30,592 nucleotides of DNA from a virus (Duplodnaviria; Caudoviricetes): positions 1 to 30,592 of the IMG/VR virus record IMGVR_UViG_3300009442_000023; one strand, written 5' to 3'. Shown in pieces: positions 1 through 7,826 of this stretch. Below the pieces are notes generated by a model that searched no databases, was not told the DNA's origin, and saw nothing but the letters and a program-made list of their open reading frames with translations. The position numbers and the translations under genes are program-made. The number at the start of each line of letters is the position of its first letter. The stretch's first letter is position 1.

Positions 1-83
1 TCCCTGCTCTTTGGTATAACCGATGTAACCTTTGCGGGGTTACGTAGCGTAAGTAATAACGCCTTATCATCTACTATCTTCAT
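1..83 (-). CDS. N-terminus of probable SNF2/DEAD-like helicase (runs off window)
   Basis: ATG at 83 overlaps the upstream stop (ATGA 80-83) and reads MKIVDDKALLLTLRNPAKVTSVIPKSR. It resembles helicase N-termini recalled from similar phages; no helicase motif lies inside the window. Confidence 0.5.
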   Translation of the reverse strand, partial: MKIVDDKALLLTLRNPAKVTSVIPKSR

Positions 84-493
84 ATCTGTACGAACTCCGT
101 CATTGGTATATACATACATGTTTCAGTGTCGTGGCTATCGTTTCTATCGTGCCTACCTCCTAGGCGTTTCTCGTACCTATCTTCCAGAACTACCGTAAAC
201 ACTCCATCAGTAAACCGCACAATTAATAAGGGTATTACTTTATCCTCTTTGCTCATACGTAATATGCTATCAACCTTCATAGCACTTATCATATAAGTGA
301 GGTACTTATCGCTCGCATTAGTTCGGGTTTTGATTTCTACATTGCCTACATGCTTACCATCTTGGAATAGTAAGCCGTCTATAGAGGAGAATGGTTCGGA
401 CTTCTCATATGTAAACTTACCTTTAGATTCTATATACTTCTTTATGTAACCCTCGTTACTACGGTCAAACTCACTTTCATACACGGGACGCAT
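80..493 (-). CDS. PD-(D/E)XK-family nuclease-like protein
   Basis: Motif E...SIDG...VEIKTR. Start moved to ATG 493 (MRPVYE), which has a GGAGA RBS. Confidence 0.65.
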   Translation of the reverse strand: MRPVYESEFDRSNEGYIKKYIESKGKFTYEKSEPFSSIDGLLFQDGKHVGNVEIKTRTNASDKYLTYMISAMKVDSILRMSKEDKVIPLLIVRFTDGVFTVVLEDRYEKRLGGRHDRNDSHDTETCMYIPMTEFVQI

Positions 494-499
494 TTGTTT

Positions 500-900
500 C
501 TCCGATGCAAAATAGCGTGAAGTGGGTGTCCACGTCACACTGAAATATAATTACTTGTTAACACGTTAAGGTGATAACACCTACACACTCTGTTAATGGG
601 TAGACTGAAAACTGGATAACCGTACAGCCCAGTCAGGTCGTGGCTTTGCTACCTAGGTAACAAAAATGTCTCCGCCATACTAAACGACTTAATAAATCGT
701 TTACCTAATTATTATACCGTTTTAGTAGCCCTGCTTCGTCCACAGATAGGGCTAGGTCTGCATTATGTAGGGACTAGCGATGAATATAGCACTAGCCCGT
801 TAGACTACTCGATTTTATGCCGCTGATTCTTAATGCCATAAGGAGAGGCACGACATCATTTAAAGACGCATCAAGCACGCGTCAACCCATACCAATAGGG
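500..900 (-). ncRNA. Candidate large structured RNA (unassigned family)
   Basis: Intergenic interval with more than 10 stems found by eye; many pairs are G-U only on the minus strand. See findings. Confidence 0.6.
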
Positions 901-906
901 AGTTCT

Positions 907-1179
907 TTACTTAGGCTTTCTACTGCCTTTCTTTTTATAGTTACGGCTACGGTTTTTTGAGCGGTCTTCTACTGTAACACCGTCTTTGTTAGTGCCGCCT
1001 TTGCTCAGTGCCTTCTTGTGACTAACGTCTTTACCTTCACGCTTGTCAGCCTTGCCGTTACCGTTGGCGTCTTTACCTTCTCTATCCATCTTGCGTCTGG
1101 CGCGTTGCCGCTCCATCCTACGTTCAAACGTGTCACTGCCGACAGGGGCGTTGACCTGCTTCTTTCTTTTCTTACGCAT
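907..1179 (-). CDS. Small basic HNH-like endonuclease
   Basis: DVSHKKALSKGGTN...NRSRN resembles an HNH core. Probable start is ATG 1179, coupled to the upstream stop (TAATG). Confidence 0.6.
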   Translation of the reverse strand: MRKKRKKQVNAPVGSDTFERRMERQRARRKMDREGKDANGNGKADKREGKDVSHKKALSKGGTNKDGVTVEDRSKNRSRNYKKKGSRKPK

Positions 1180-1850
1180 TAGTTTCTCCCATTGTGTACG
1201 CACTCGGTAACAATACAGTGCCTACGACATAATCCACTTTGGTGTGCATTCCACACATCGTTCTCAAAGGCTTGTTCCATGCGGTTGTAGTCTGATAACC
1301 ACTTCTCCCATAGCCTAGGCTCATCCGGCTTGGAGTAGTCTTCCTTTATTAACTCACCACACACTACAAATAGTAGGCCACCCTTCACTTTCTCTAGCTT
1401 GGGGTACATCTTGAACATGCTCATAGCCATCAGTTCTAACTGGCCTTTGTCCGCGTACCTAGTATTTTTACTTGTCTTATAGTCTACCACATAAGCTGTT
1501 TTGGTGCGTTTGTTTAGGATGACTAAGTCGGCAATACCACGCCACCACACGTTGTCATCTCGGAACCCGCACGGCTCTAGGTTCTCAGTGAGTCCCATCT
1601 CCAACTCGCACAGCTTCTCGCCTTCTATGTTATTCAGGACATCAAGTACATCTTTGCAGTAGTTGTACTTTTCGGGTAGCGGTTTGCCATCCCTAATGTA
1701 TTCTTCCGCTGCCAAGTGTACGGCAGTACCATATAGCATGGCCTCTGTCTCAGGTTCCTTATAGTCCTTCGCCACCTTGAGATGGTAGAACTTCTTAGGG
1801 CATTGCTCGAATGACTTAATCTTTGAGAACGACCACGGTGCAATACTCAT
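1179..1850 (-). CDS. PD-(D/E)XK exonuclease, Cas4/RecB-like
   Basis: WSFSKIKSFEQCP, GTAVH, GIADL...VVDYKT, and C-terminal CRRHCIVTEC (1+3 Cys pattern). Confidence 0.85.
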   Translation of the reverse strand: MSIAPWSFSKIKSFEQCPKKFYHLKVAKDYKEPETEAMLYGTAVHLAAEEYIRDGKPLPEKYNYCKDVLDVLNNIEGEKLCELEMGLTENLEPCGFRDDNVWWRGIADLVILNKRTKTAYVVDYKTSKNTRYADKGQLELMAMSMFKMYPKLEKVKGGLLFVVCGELIKEDYSKPDEPRLWEKWLSDYNRMEQAFENDVWNAHQSGLCRRHCIVTECVHNGRN

Positions 1851-2107
1851 TCCAGTTCCTTACCCTTTATAACGCCAGCAGCTACTATTAGTTCACTAAT
1901 TAATATGTGCAGCATTTCTTCGTCTATAATGATAGTGTCTTTGTGTTTGGTGTTTCCCACAACTTCGCACTGCTCTATGAGTATTATGTCCTCCTCGTCT
2001 ATAGTTTCTCCAACCACTATAGTGAGGTACCCTCCTTCTGTTTCCGGTTCAGAGGTTTCATTATCTTTATTGCGCCTAAACTTATTAATGTCGGTTACTT
2101 TACCCAA
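1847..2107 (-). CDS. Hypothetical acidic protein
   Basis: 86-aa ORF overlapping both neighbours in the operon. Confidence 0.7.
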   Translation of the reverse strand: MGKVTDINKFRRNKDNETSEPETEGGYLTIVVGETIDEEDIILIEQCEVVGNTKHKDTIIIDEEMLHILISELIVAAGVIKGKELE

Positions 2108-2291
2108 GCCATGCTCCTAGTATCAAAGACAGAACCACCACAAATACGGCATACGCCCGAGTGGTAACGAAAGGCTGCCCCATACACTCTGTTATGTTAT
2201 CGCGTAGGGTTTGTAGTTTGTTGTCCGAACGCGTTAGTGCCTTATCTGCAAACTTATGCGCTTCCTTCATAGCTTTCTCTATGTCAGTCAT
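2100..2291 (-). CDS. Small protein with C-terminal transmembrane segment
   Basis: AYAVFVVVLSLILGAWLG; ATGA coupling to the polymerase stop. Confidence 0.65.
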   Translation of the reverse strand: MTDIEKAMKEAHKFADKALTRSDNKLQTLRDNITECMGQPFVTTRAYAVFVVVLSLILGAWLG

Positions 2292-4123
2292 CCTGCCGCC
2301 TCCCCGTAAGATTTACCGTTATCTGATTCGCACGTGATGGGTAAGCCTTCTGCCCACGGTGCGGTACTACTCATACACTCTTCGATATAGCGTGTAGCTT
2401 CTTCAAGTTCATCCTCTGGTACACAACATACCACGGAATCGTGTACAGTCAAAGCCACCTTATACCTTTTAGCAATCGCCAACATCTGATCCCCGATGAT
2501 ACATCTAGCTACCGCTTGGCATACATTCTCTGTGACCTTACCGCCATATATCCTAGTGTACCCGCGTCGAGTCTTGTACTTAAACTCTGGCCCACGCTCA
2601 CCTTGTTCGTACTGTAAGTCGTCATACCGCATCTTGAGTCCAGACGGTAGTAGTATCCAACCATTACGCCCGTCAGCCCCGTACTTTACTACCCCGTTGG
2701 GGCCGAGACTACCGGAGTTACCACGCGACATCTCAACCAGCATGTTCTGACAATCACGCCATAACGTGTTTATCTTCCAGTTAGCATCTCGGTAGATTCG
2801 GATTACCCTTCGAGCTTCCTCTACATCCATGTGAGTACCGAACGACTGTAGCTGGTCTGAAAAGCGTACCGCACCCATACCATATCCTGCACCTAATATA
2901 GTAGTCTTACCTACAAAGCGTTGGTCTTTCGTGACCGCTTCTTCTGGTATGTTGTATATCTTAGACGCCATCTTTATATACACGTCTTCCTTGTCGGTAA
3001 ACGCTTGAACTAAATCGTCCTGCCCTGCAAGCCACGCCAGTACACGCGCTTCAATCTGTGATGAGTCACAGTCAACCATCATGTACCCTTCGGGGGCAAG
3101 CATACTGTTCTTTAACTTCTTACCATTCACGCCACGGCTAGGTAGATTCTGAATATTGATCTTGTCATCGCCTCCCCACCTACCAGTGTGTGCCGCGTAG
3201 TATCTTACAGGTACTGGGAGAAGTCCGCGTTTAGCTATACCTATAAACCTCTCAGTACGTGATTCCTCAAGCGTGCTCTTGGTGCCTAGCCTAGCAGTTA
3301 CGAGTGCCTGCACCCTAGAGTCGGAGTGGTTCTCCAACGCCTTGAACTGCTCATCGTTCTTAGCGAATGCGAATGTTTCCTTGCCAGTGGTCAGGCTTGT
3401 CTTTGTAGGGGGTATCACACCTAACCCCTCAAGCAATTCGGCAAACTTAGGGTTGCTCATAAGTTCTTTCTTAGTAACACCAGAAGACGTTATTAGGTCT
3501 TCTTTTATCTGCTTGGTGTCTTCCAAGTGTTGCTCAAGTAGCCCTAAGTCCAGCTCCAGTACAGGCTCTACGAACATGCGTAGCGTACAGTCTATCAACC
3601 GTAGCTCGTTCTTTGGGAACCCTCTGCCCATGACATTAAACAACTTATAGGTTAGCTCCACGTCATTGATGCAGTAGTCGCCATACTTATCTAACTCTGC
3701 GTCACTGAAGTCCAGCCTACGCTTACCTATCGCGTCTAGTACTTCCGTCCCTTTAGTGCCGAGGCCGTACCTCTGCGTAAGCGCATGGAGAGAGCCGCCA
3801 ACTTCGACACCATGTAAAGCACGAGCAATACAAAGAGTGTCAGCGAGGACGCGAGGATGAACATCAAATAACCAACTGAGAATAGCGCCATCAAACAAAG
3901 TGTTGTGGCATAGAAGTACAGACGTACCCCAATCGAAAGTATGTAAATACTCCTTGAGTTCTTCGTGTGTGCCGCTTGCCCATTCTGTAGCATCGTTATT
4001 CACCTTTACACCTACACCCACTACCTCAAAACGAGGGTCACGGATGTAGGCTTCTGTTGTCATCTTACGGAGAGAGAAGTCCTTGTCGTAGTACGTTTCA
4101 AAGTCAACCGTTATCAAGTCCAT
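2288..4123 (-). CDS. polA: Family A DNA polymerase with 3'-5' exonuclease
   Basis: Exo motifs DFET, HNTLFD, YCINDV; polymerase motifs DSSQIEAR, RFVGKTTILGAGYG, VHDS. ATG 4123 has the properly spaced GGAGG. Confidence 0.95.
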   Translation of the reverse strand: MDLITVDFETYYDKDFSLRKMTTEAYIRDPRFEVVGVGVKVNNDATEWASGTHEELKEYLHTFDWGTSVLLCHNTLFDGAILSWLFDVHPRVLADTLCIARALHGVEVGGSLHALTQRYGLGTKGTEVLDAIGKRRLDFSDAELDKYGDYCINDVELTYKLFNVMGRGFPKNELRLIDCTLRMFVEPVLELDLGLLEQHLEDTKQIKEDLITSSGVTKKELMSNPKFAELLEGLGVIPPTKTSLTTGKETFAFAKNDEQFKALENHSDSRVQALVTARLGTKSTLEESRTERFIGIAKRGLLPVPVRYYAAHTGRWGGDDKINIQNLPSRGVNGKKLKNSMLAPEGYMMVDCDSSQIEARVLAWLAGQDDLVQAFTDKEDVYIKMASKIYNIPEEAVTKDQRFVGKTTILGAGYGMGAVRFSDQLQSFGTHMDVEEARRVIRIYRDANWKINTLWRDCQNMLVEMSRGNSGSLGPNGVVKYGADGRNGWILLPSGLKMRYDDLQYEQGERGPEFKYKTRRGYTRIYGGKVTENVCQAVARCIIGDQMLAIAKRYKVALTVHDSVVCCVPEDELEEATRYIEECMSSTAPWAEGLPITCESDNGKSYGEAAG

Positions 4124-4271
4124 CTTCATCCTCCTCTATGTCTACTACTTCCATGTCTGCCTTGTGTTCGGACTCGGTGATATGCTTGGGGGCTTCCTTA
4201 TCCCCAAACACATTATGCCAGTTCTCCCAAAACGTCTCGGCTGTTGGACGCTGACGGCTACCCTTACTCAT
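4104..4271 (-). CDS. Small hypothetical protein (MSKGSRQRP...)
   Basis: Internal ATG 4271 overlaps the stop of the upstream small ORF; acidic tail. Confidence 0.65.
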   Translation of the reverse strand: MSKGSRQRPTAETFWENWHNVFGDKEAPKHITESEHKADMEVVDIEEDEDGLDNG

Positions 4272-4437
4272 CCAAGATACGCTCATCTTTGTATAGTTCG
4301 CTACCTGTATCCAATATCCATCTGCTACCTGTAAGTCCATAATATATGCGAAATACTCGCCCATATTGAGACAGCCCAACTACCTTATCGTCACTTGGAT
4401 CAAAAATAATCTGTATTATCCGTTCGTCAATCTTCAT
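4264..4437 (-). CDS. 57-aa hypothetical protein (not in ORF track)
   Basis: Reads MKIDERIIQIIFDPSDDKVVGLSQYGRVF...ILDE*; GAGGGAG RBS; fills the operon gap. Confidence 0.6.
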   Translation of the reverse strand: MKIDERIIQIIFDPSDDKVVGLSQYGRVFRIYYGLTGSRWILDTGSELYKDERILDE

Positions 4438-4759
4438 TTTCAACTCCCTCTATTAACTTGTTTAGGTACCACTGCGCTTTCTTCAAGTCCTCTAGCGGCT
4501 TACCCTTTCGCTCATACCTCCAAAGGTATTTCAGACATGCGCCTTTGCAGTAACCTTGGAATGCTTCGGCAGTCATGCTCGCTTCTATACCCTCAATACA
4601 TTCGATGTTGCCATAGGTATAGTGGTTGGGGTGGTTGACCATATCGTCGGGCGGGTTGTCCATGGCCGTACCCCAATGCTCTAGCCCAGTTTTCTCTATC
4701 GCGGGGGCAAGGGCACGTAACCTATCCCAATCGGCTGGTGTTGCGTCATCAATACTCAT
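4427..4759 (-). CDS. DUF3310 (T7 gp1.7/SaV-like putative nucleotide kinase) protein
   Basis: DMVNHPNHY...IECIE...KYLWRYERKG..EDLKKAQWYL; ATG 4759 with GGAGG RBS. Confidence 0.85.
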   Translation of the reverse strand: MSIDDATPADWDRLRALAPAIEKTGLEHWGTAMDNPPDDMVNHPNHYTYGNIECIEGIEASMTAEAFQGYCKGACLKYLWRYERKGKPLEDLKKAQWYLNKLIEGVENED

Positions 4760-4760
4760 A

Positions 4761-5048
4761 CTATCCTCCGAGGATTTGTTTAATATCATTCATATTGTCT
4801 TCGTTAACTACGTACGCAATTCCGTACGCCTCGCTTATCTCTCTGAGATTCTTTTCCTGTAAAGCTGTTGGCGTGTTCTTGCCTGCCTTACATTCGATCC
4901 CAAAGAACTTCCCGTTGTAGCAACCTACTATGTCAGGCACTCCGCTCTTACCGTATCCCCCAGTAGCAGGGAAAAAGTAATAACACCCTAACGCTTTCAA
5001 CTGCTCAACTATCTTCTTCTTAACCTTCCCTTCTGGCGTCATCGCCAT
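4761..5048 (-). CDS. VRR-NUC domain nuclease (resolvase-like)
   Basis: TPEGKVK...SGVPDIVGC..G.FFGIECKAGKNTPTALQ. Confidence 0.85.
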   Translation of the reverse strand: MAMTPEGKVKKKIVEQLKALGCYYFFPATGGYGKSGVPDIVGCYNGKFFGIECKAGKNTPTALQEKNLREISEAYGIAYVVNEDNMNDIKQILGG

Positions 5049-5069
5049 AACCCTCTCCTTTTAGCCGAG

Positions 5070-5079
5070 AACTGGTATC
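5070..5079 (-). promoter_or_regulatory. GATACCAGTT motif upstream of the replication genes
   Basis: Identical to the core of three repeats at 11992, 12085 and 12129; lies about 20 nt upstream of ATG 5048. Confidence 0.5.
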
Positions 5080-5089
5080 AGTCCCTCTA

Positions 5090-5368
5090 TTATTTAAATA
5101 CCCAGAATGTGTGTTCGTCGATGCGCCTACCAATACCCTCTACAGGTTCGGTGGGCGGTGTAGGGTCACACATCATCAGCACCGAGAGCCTTTCTTCAAG
5201 CCACTCCGGTACATCTTCATCCAGATCATATAACCCCTCACACTCCGAGTCAACACAATTCATACCCAAACACGTTACCTCAATACTATTGGTGTACCCC
5301 AGCGTAGTAACGCGGTAAGCGTTGGGCATTTCTGTCGGATCGTTCCATATCGTATCATTGTGTGACAT
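5090..5368 (-). CDS. Hypothetical protein, paralogous to the C-terminus of the upstream gene
   Basis: Probable start ATG 5368 (MSHNDT); contains VPEWLEERLSVLMM...VEGIGRR...FWV. Confidence 0.7.
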   Translation of the reverse strand: MSHNDTIWNDPTEMPNAYRVTTLGYTNSIEVTCLGMNCVDSECEGLYDLDEDVPEWLEERLSVLMMCDPTPPTEPVEGIGRRIDEHTFWVFK

Positions 5369-6290
5369 AGAACAGAGCCTCACTGTGACGGTACCCAACC
5401 TGCGGCACGTAGTCCCCCACCCCACATATAGACAGTGTGGACAGTTTACCCAACACGCCATCGGGTAAATCATCATAGTAAGTAGTAGCTCGAGGCGGCG
5501 TATTCCTCTCCATATTGTGCATATCCCCCACCGTACATACATCGAACGCTTGCTTACCTAACCTCTCGTACACTCGAATAGCATACATAGGCATCTCTGC
5601 GTCATATTTGGATTGATCTTTCGCCCCTTTGGCCACGCGTAAAGACGTTAGGTTATCTGGTACAGTCTTATCTAAAAACTCATACCCAGAGTCCAGTAGC
5701 ATGTACATCTCATTGAGTATTGGGGCGGTCACTTGTTCGCGTGTCTCGTTCCATTCCCCACCGAGCAATCGGCTCCACGCAGTGCAATGCTTAGTTTGAG
5801 TATCATCTACCGCACGCATTAACGCACTCCTACACTTAGTCCTACTGGCAAGCACTACCTCACTGTGCGTACATCTGCGCAAGTACTTCTTTGCATTCCG
5901 CATGGCCTGTACTGGTAAGGCAGTGACCTTTGTACGGAACTCCGAAGCGTAGTTGCTGTGCTTGTTATTGACTATGTCTCTACTGTACACACTGTACACT
6001 ATCTTCTCTTTGGTATGGCAGAACCCTACTTCTATCCAACCCATAGTGTATTCGTCCTCGGGGTAGTAAACGTGATACACCGTGTCTCGATGACTGCTAT
6101 CGTGGTCAGGGCGTACCTCACAACCTCTGAAGGCTTGCTTTATCTCATTGATAAACCAATTCAACTCGTAGCGGTTTGTCGCGTTACCTACGGGTGAAGG
6201 CAGGGCAATCTTCTGTGCGTCAGCAACTGTACATAGCCAGTACTTCCCCTCCTCGTTGTACGCATGTACGTACTTCCGATGTTCAGCCAT
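5355..6290 (-). CDS. Hypothetical early protein
   Basis: 311-aa ORF with GAGGTG RBS. Confidence 0.8.
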   Translation of the reverse strand: MAEHRKYVHAYNEEGKYWLCTVADAQKIALPSPVGNATNRYELNWFINEIKQAFRGCEVRPDHDSSHRDTVYHVYYPEDEYTMGWIEVGFCHTKEKIVYSVYSRDIVNNKHSNYASEFRTKVTALPVQAMRNAKKYLRRCTHSEVVLASRTKCRSALMRAVDDTQTKHCTAWSRLLGGEWNETREQVTAPILNEMYMLLDSGYEFLDKTVPDNLTSLRVAKGAKDQSKYDAEMPMYAIRVYERLGKQAFDVCTVGDMHNMERNTPPRATTYYDDLPDGVLGKLSTLSICGVGDYVPQVGYRHSEALFYVTQ

Positions 6291-6291
6291 G

Positions 6292-7149
6292 TTATTTCAC
6301 CTCTCTGTATTCTTCATGTGACGTAGTGAACGCGCCCATGTAGTTAACCCACGTATTGAACTTGGCGCGGAACTTCTTAGGGTCACTTGTTAGGCTGACG
6401 TTAGTAGTTGGGTTTGTGTCTCTCCAGTACCTGTTACCCATGCTAGCTGATAACTCACACAGGAACGCGTGTACCATAGTGGTACGTTGCTCGTGTTGAT
6501 CGTCCATCAGCATGTCTCTAAACGTGTCACCCCTGACTGTATTAGCGCCCCACGTTGCATCGCGGTTTGAATCCCAGCCCATAGTGCCCTCAAGTATCGG
6601 GGTCATAGTCCACGCCCAGTGCAAGTACTCGTCGATAGCTTTCTTGTACGGCGCCTTGGCTTCTTTGTTAACACGTACTCGTGTGATAGGTACAGGGTGC
6701 GGGTCGCTCGTCAATGTCCATGCCCCAGTCTGTTTACTGGTGGTAAACACCACCGGCTTGGCAACATCCTTGGGTAAGTAGTAGCGGCTGCCGTCATAAC
6801 GTATGTACTGCTTGCCGCTATCCACAATGAAGTCCATGCCCAGAGGCATACACCGCTCAAGGAACGAGTACCTGCCATTGTGTGCATAGTCACCCGTCTC
6901 GTTACGAAACCATACTGTGTCAGTGCCATCGGCATTGCGAGTCCAGACCACTGCGGCAGTTCCGGCATAGCGTTGATGCTCCCCGTAATCTGATAACACG
7001 TACTGGTGTGGGGACACCTTGATGATACATTCCCACTTACGTCTGCGGTCACCCATAGGCACTATGTTAGTACCCCTGATTGGTTTGGTGTTGTTGTACA
7101 AATGTTCCACGTGCGTGAAACTGTCTAGCCCATAATTATACATAGCCAT
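6292..7149 (-). CDS. Hypothetical early protein
   Basis: 285-aa ORF preceded by a GGAG RBS within the repeated cassette. Confidence 0.8.
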   Translation of the reverse strand: MAMYNYGLDSFTHVEHLYNNTKPIRGTNIVPMGDRRRKWECIIKVSPHQYVLSDYGEHQRYAGTAAVVWTRNADGTDTVWFRNETGDYAHNGRYSFLERCMPLGMDFIVDSGKQYIRYDGSRYYLPKDVAKPVVFTTSKQTGAWTLTSDPHPVPITRVRVNKEAKAPYKKAIDEYLHWAWTMTPILEGTMGWDSNRDATWGANTVRGDTFRDMLMDDQHEQRTTMVHAFLCELSASMGNRYWRDTNPTTNVSLTSDPKKFRAKFNTWVNYMGAFTTSHEEYREVK

Positions 7150-7150
7150 A

Positions 7151-7197
7151 ATATTGCTCCGAGTTGTTTTGTTATAACACGTGTTATAACTTTTAGT
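7151..7197 (-). promoter_or_regulatory. Palindrome+RBS cassette, variant copy (GTTATAACACGTGTTATAAC, 7171-7190)
   Basis: Perfect 20-bp palindrome with flanks similar to the copies at 10299 and 11451. Confidence 0.65.
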
Positions 7198-7200
7198 TAG

Positions 7201-7320
7201 TTAGCATATCCCCCGCATAAAGCAGTCGGTGTACGCCATTTCGTTTACTGTCATGTACATCAGCAGTACTACTACTCCTGCCAGTATGTATATGATGTCC
7301 CCTTTCTTATTGTTATCCAT
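7201..7320 (-). CDS. 39-aa single-TM membrane peptide (not in ORF track)
   Basis: MDNNKKGDIIYILAGVVVLLMYMTVNEMAYTDCFMRGIC*; fills the gap exactly. Confidence 0.6.
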   Translation of the reverse strand: MDNNKKGDIIYILAGVVVLLMYMTVNEMAYTDCFMRGIC

Positions 7321-7323
7321 ACG

Positions 7324-7545
7324 TTACCCCTGTTGTATGCGTTGCCACGCACGTTGCACTGTACCCACGTCATTGCGATCATAGTCACTGTCCACTGGCG
7401 TATCTCTAACGTGTTCATAGTAGAACTCCAACGCTTCTTCGACAGTGTTGATCGCCTCTTGCCACTCCATACGCAGTTCATCTGCGGTTGATAGATGCGC
7501 CCTACCTACTTCATGCACCCTTCCGTACTTATTATCTTCACTCAT
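7324..7545 (-). CDS. Hypothetical protein
   Basis: Probable start ATG 7545, overlapping the upstream stop (ATGA). Confidence 0.65.
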   Translation of the reverse strand: MSEDNKYGRVHEVGRAHLSTADELRMEWQEAINTVEEALEFYYEHVRDTPVDSDYDRNDVGTVQRAWQRIQQG

Positions 7546-7826
7546 ACCAATCTCCTGTTTAGCCATTCGCCTGATAACTTCTCAGTGGGCGTACTGAAAG
7601 AACTTTTTTGTCTAGGGGTAGTGTTGCTCCTAGGTCTGCTACCAAACCTACTATCACCATACATAGGGCGCAGATGTGAGTCATGCACCTCCAATGCTTT
7701 GTGTAGTCTGGTAGCCATTGCGTTATGCGGCACGCCCGATACACTCGCGTACTCTCTCGCCGTATACATGTGTCCTGTTACTAAGTCAGGGTGTGAACCC
7801 ATAAACTTTATAAGTCGTGCCGCCAT
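7542..7826 (-). CDS. Putative helix-turn-helix DNA-binding protein
   Basis: YTAREYASVSGVPHNAMATRLHK is HTH-like; TAATG coupling. Confidence 0.5.
   Translation of the reverse strand: MAARLIKFMGSHPDLVTGHMYTAREYASVSGVPHNAMATRLHKALEVHDSHLRPMYGDSRFGSRPRSNTTPRQKSSFSTPTEKLSGEWLNRRLV

Noticed and set aside
722-764. HDV-like, hammerhead or SAM-II/V assignment
   Set aside because: The P3/L3 of HDV-like ribozymes is missing, there is no CUGANGA/GAAA core, and SAM-II/V consensus nucleotides are not matched.
500-900. Group I/II intron, tRNA or tmRNA
   Set aside because: It does not interrupt a gene, and I see no P7 R/S elements, domain V, cloverleaf or tmRNA termini.
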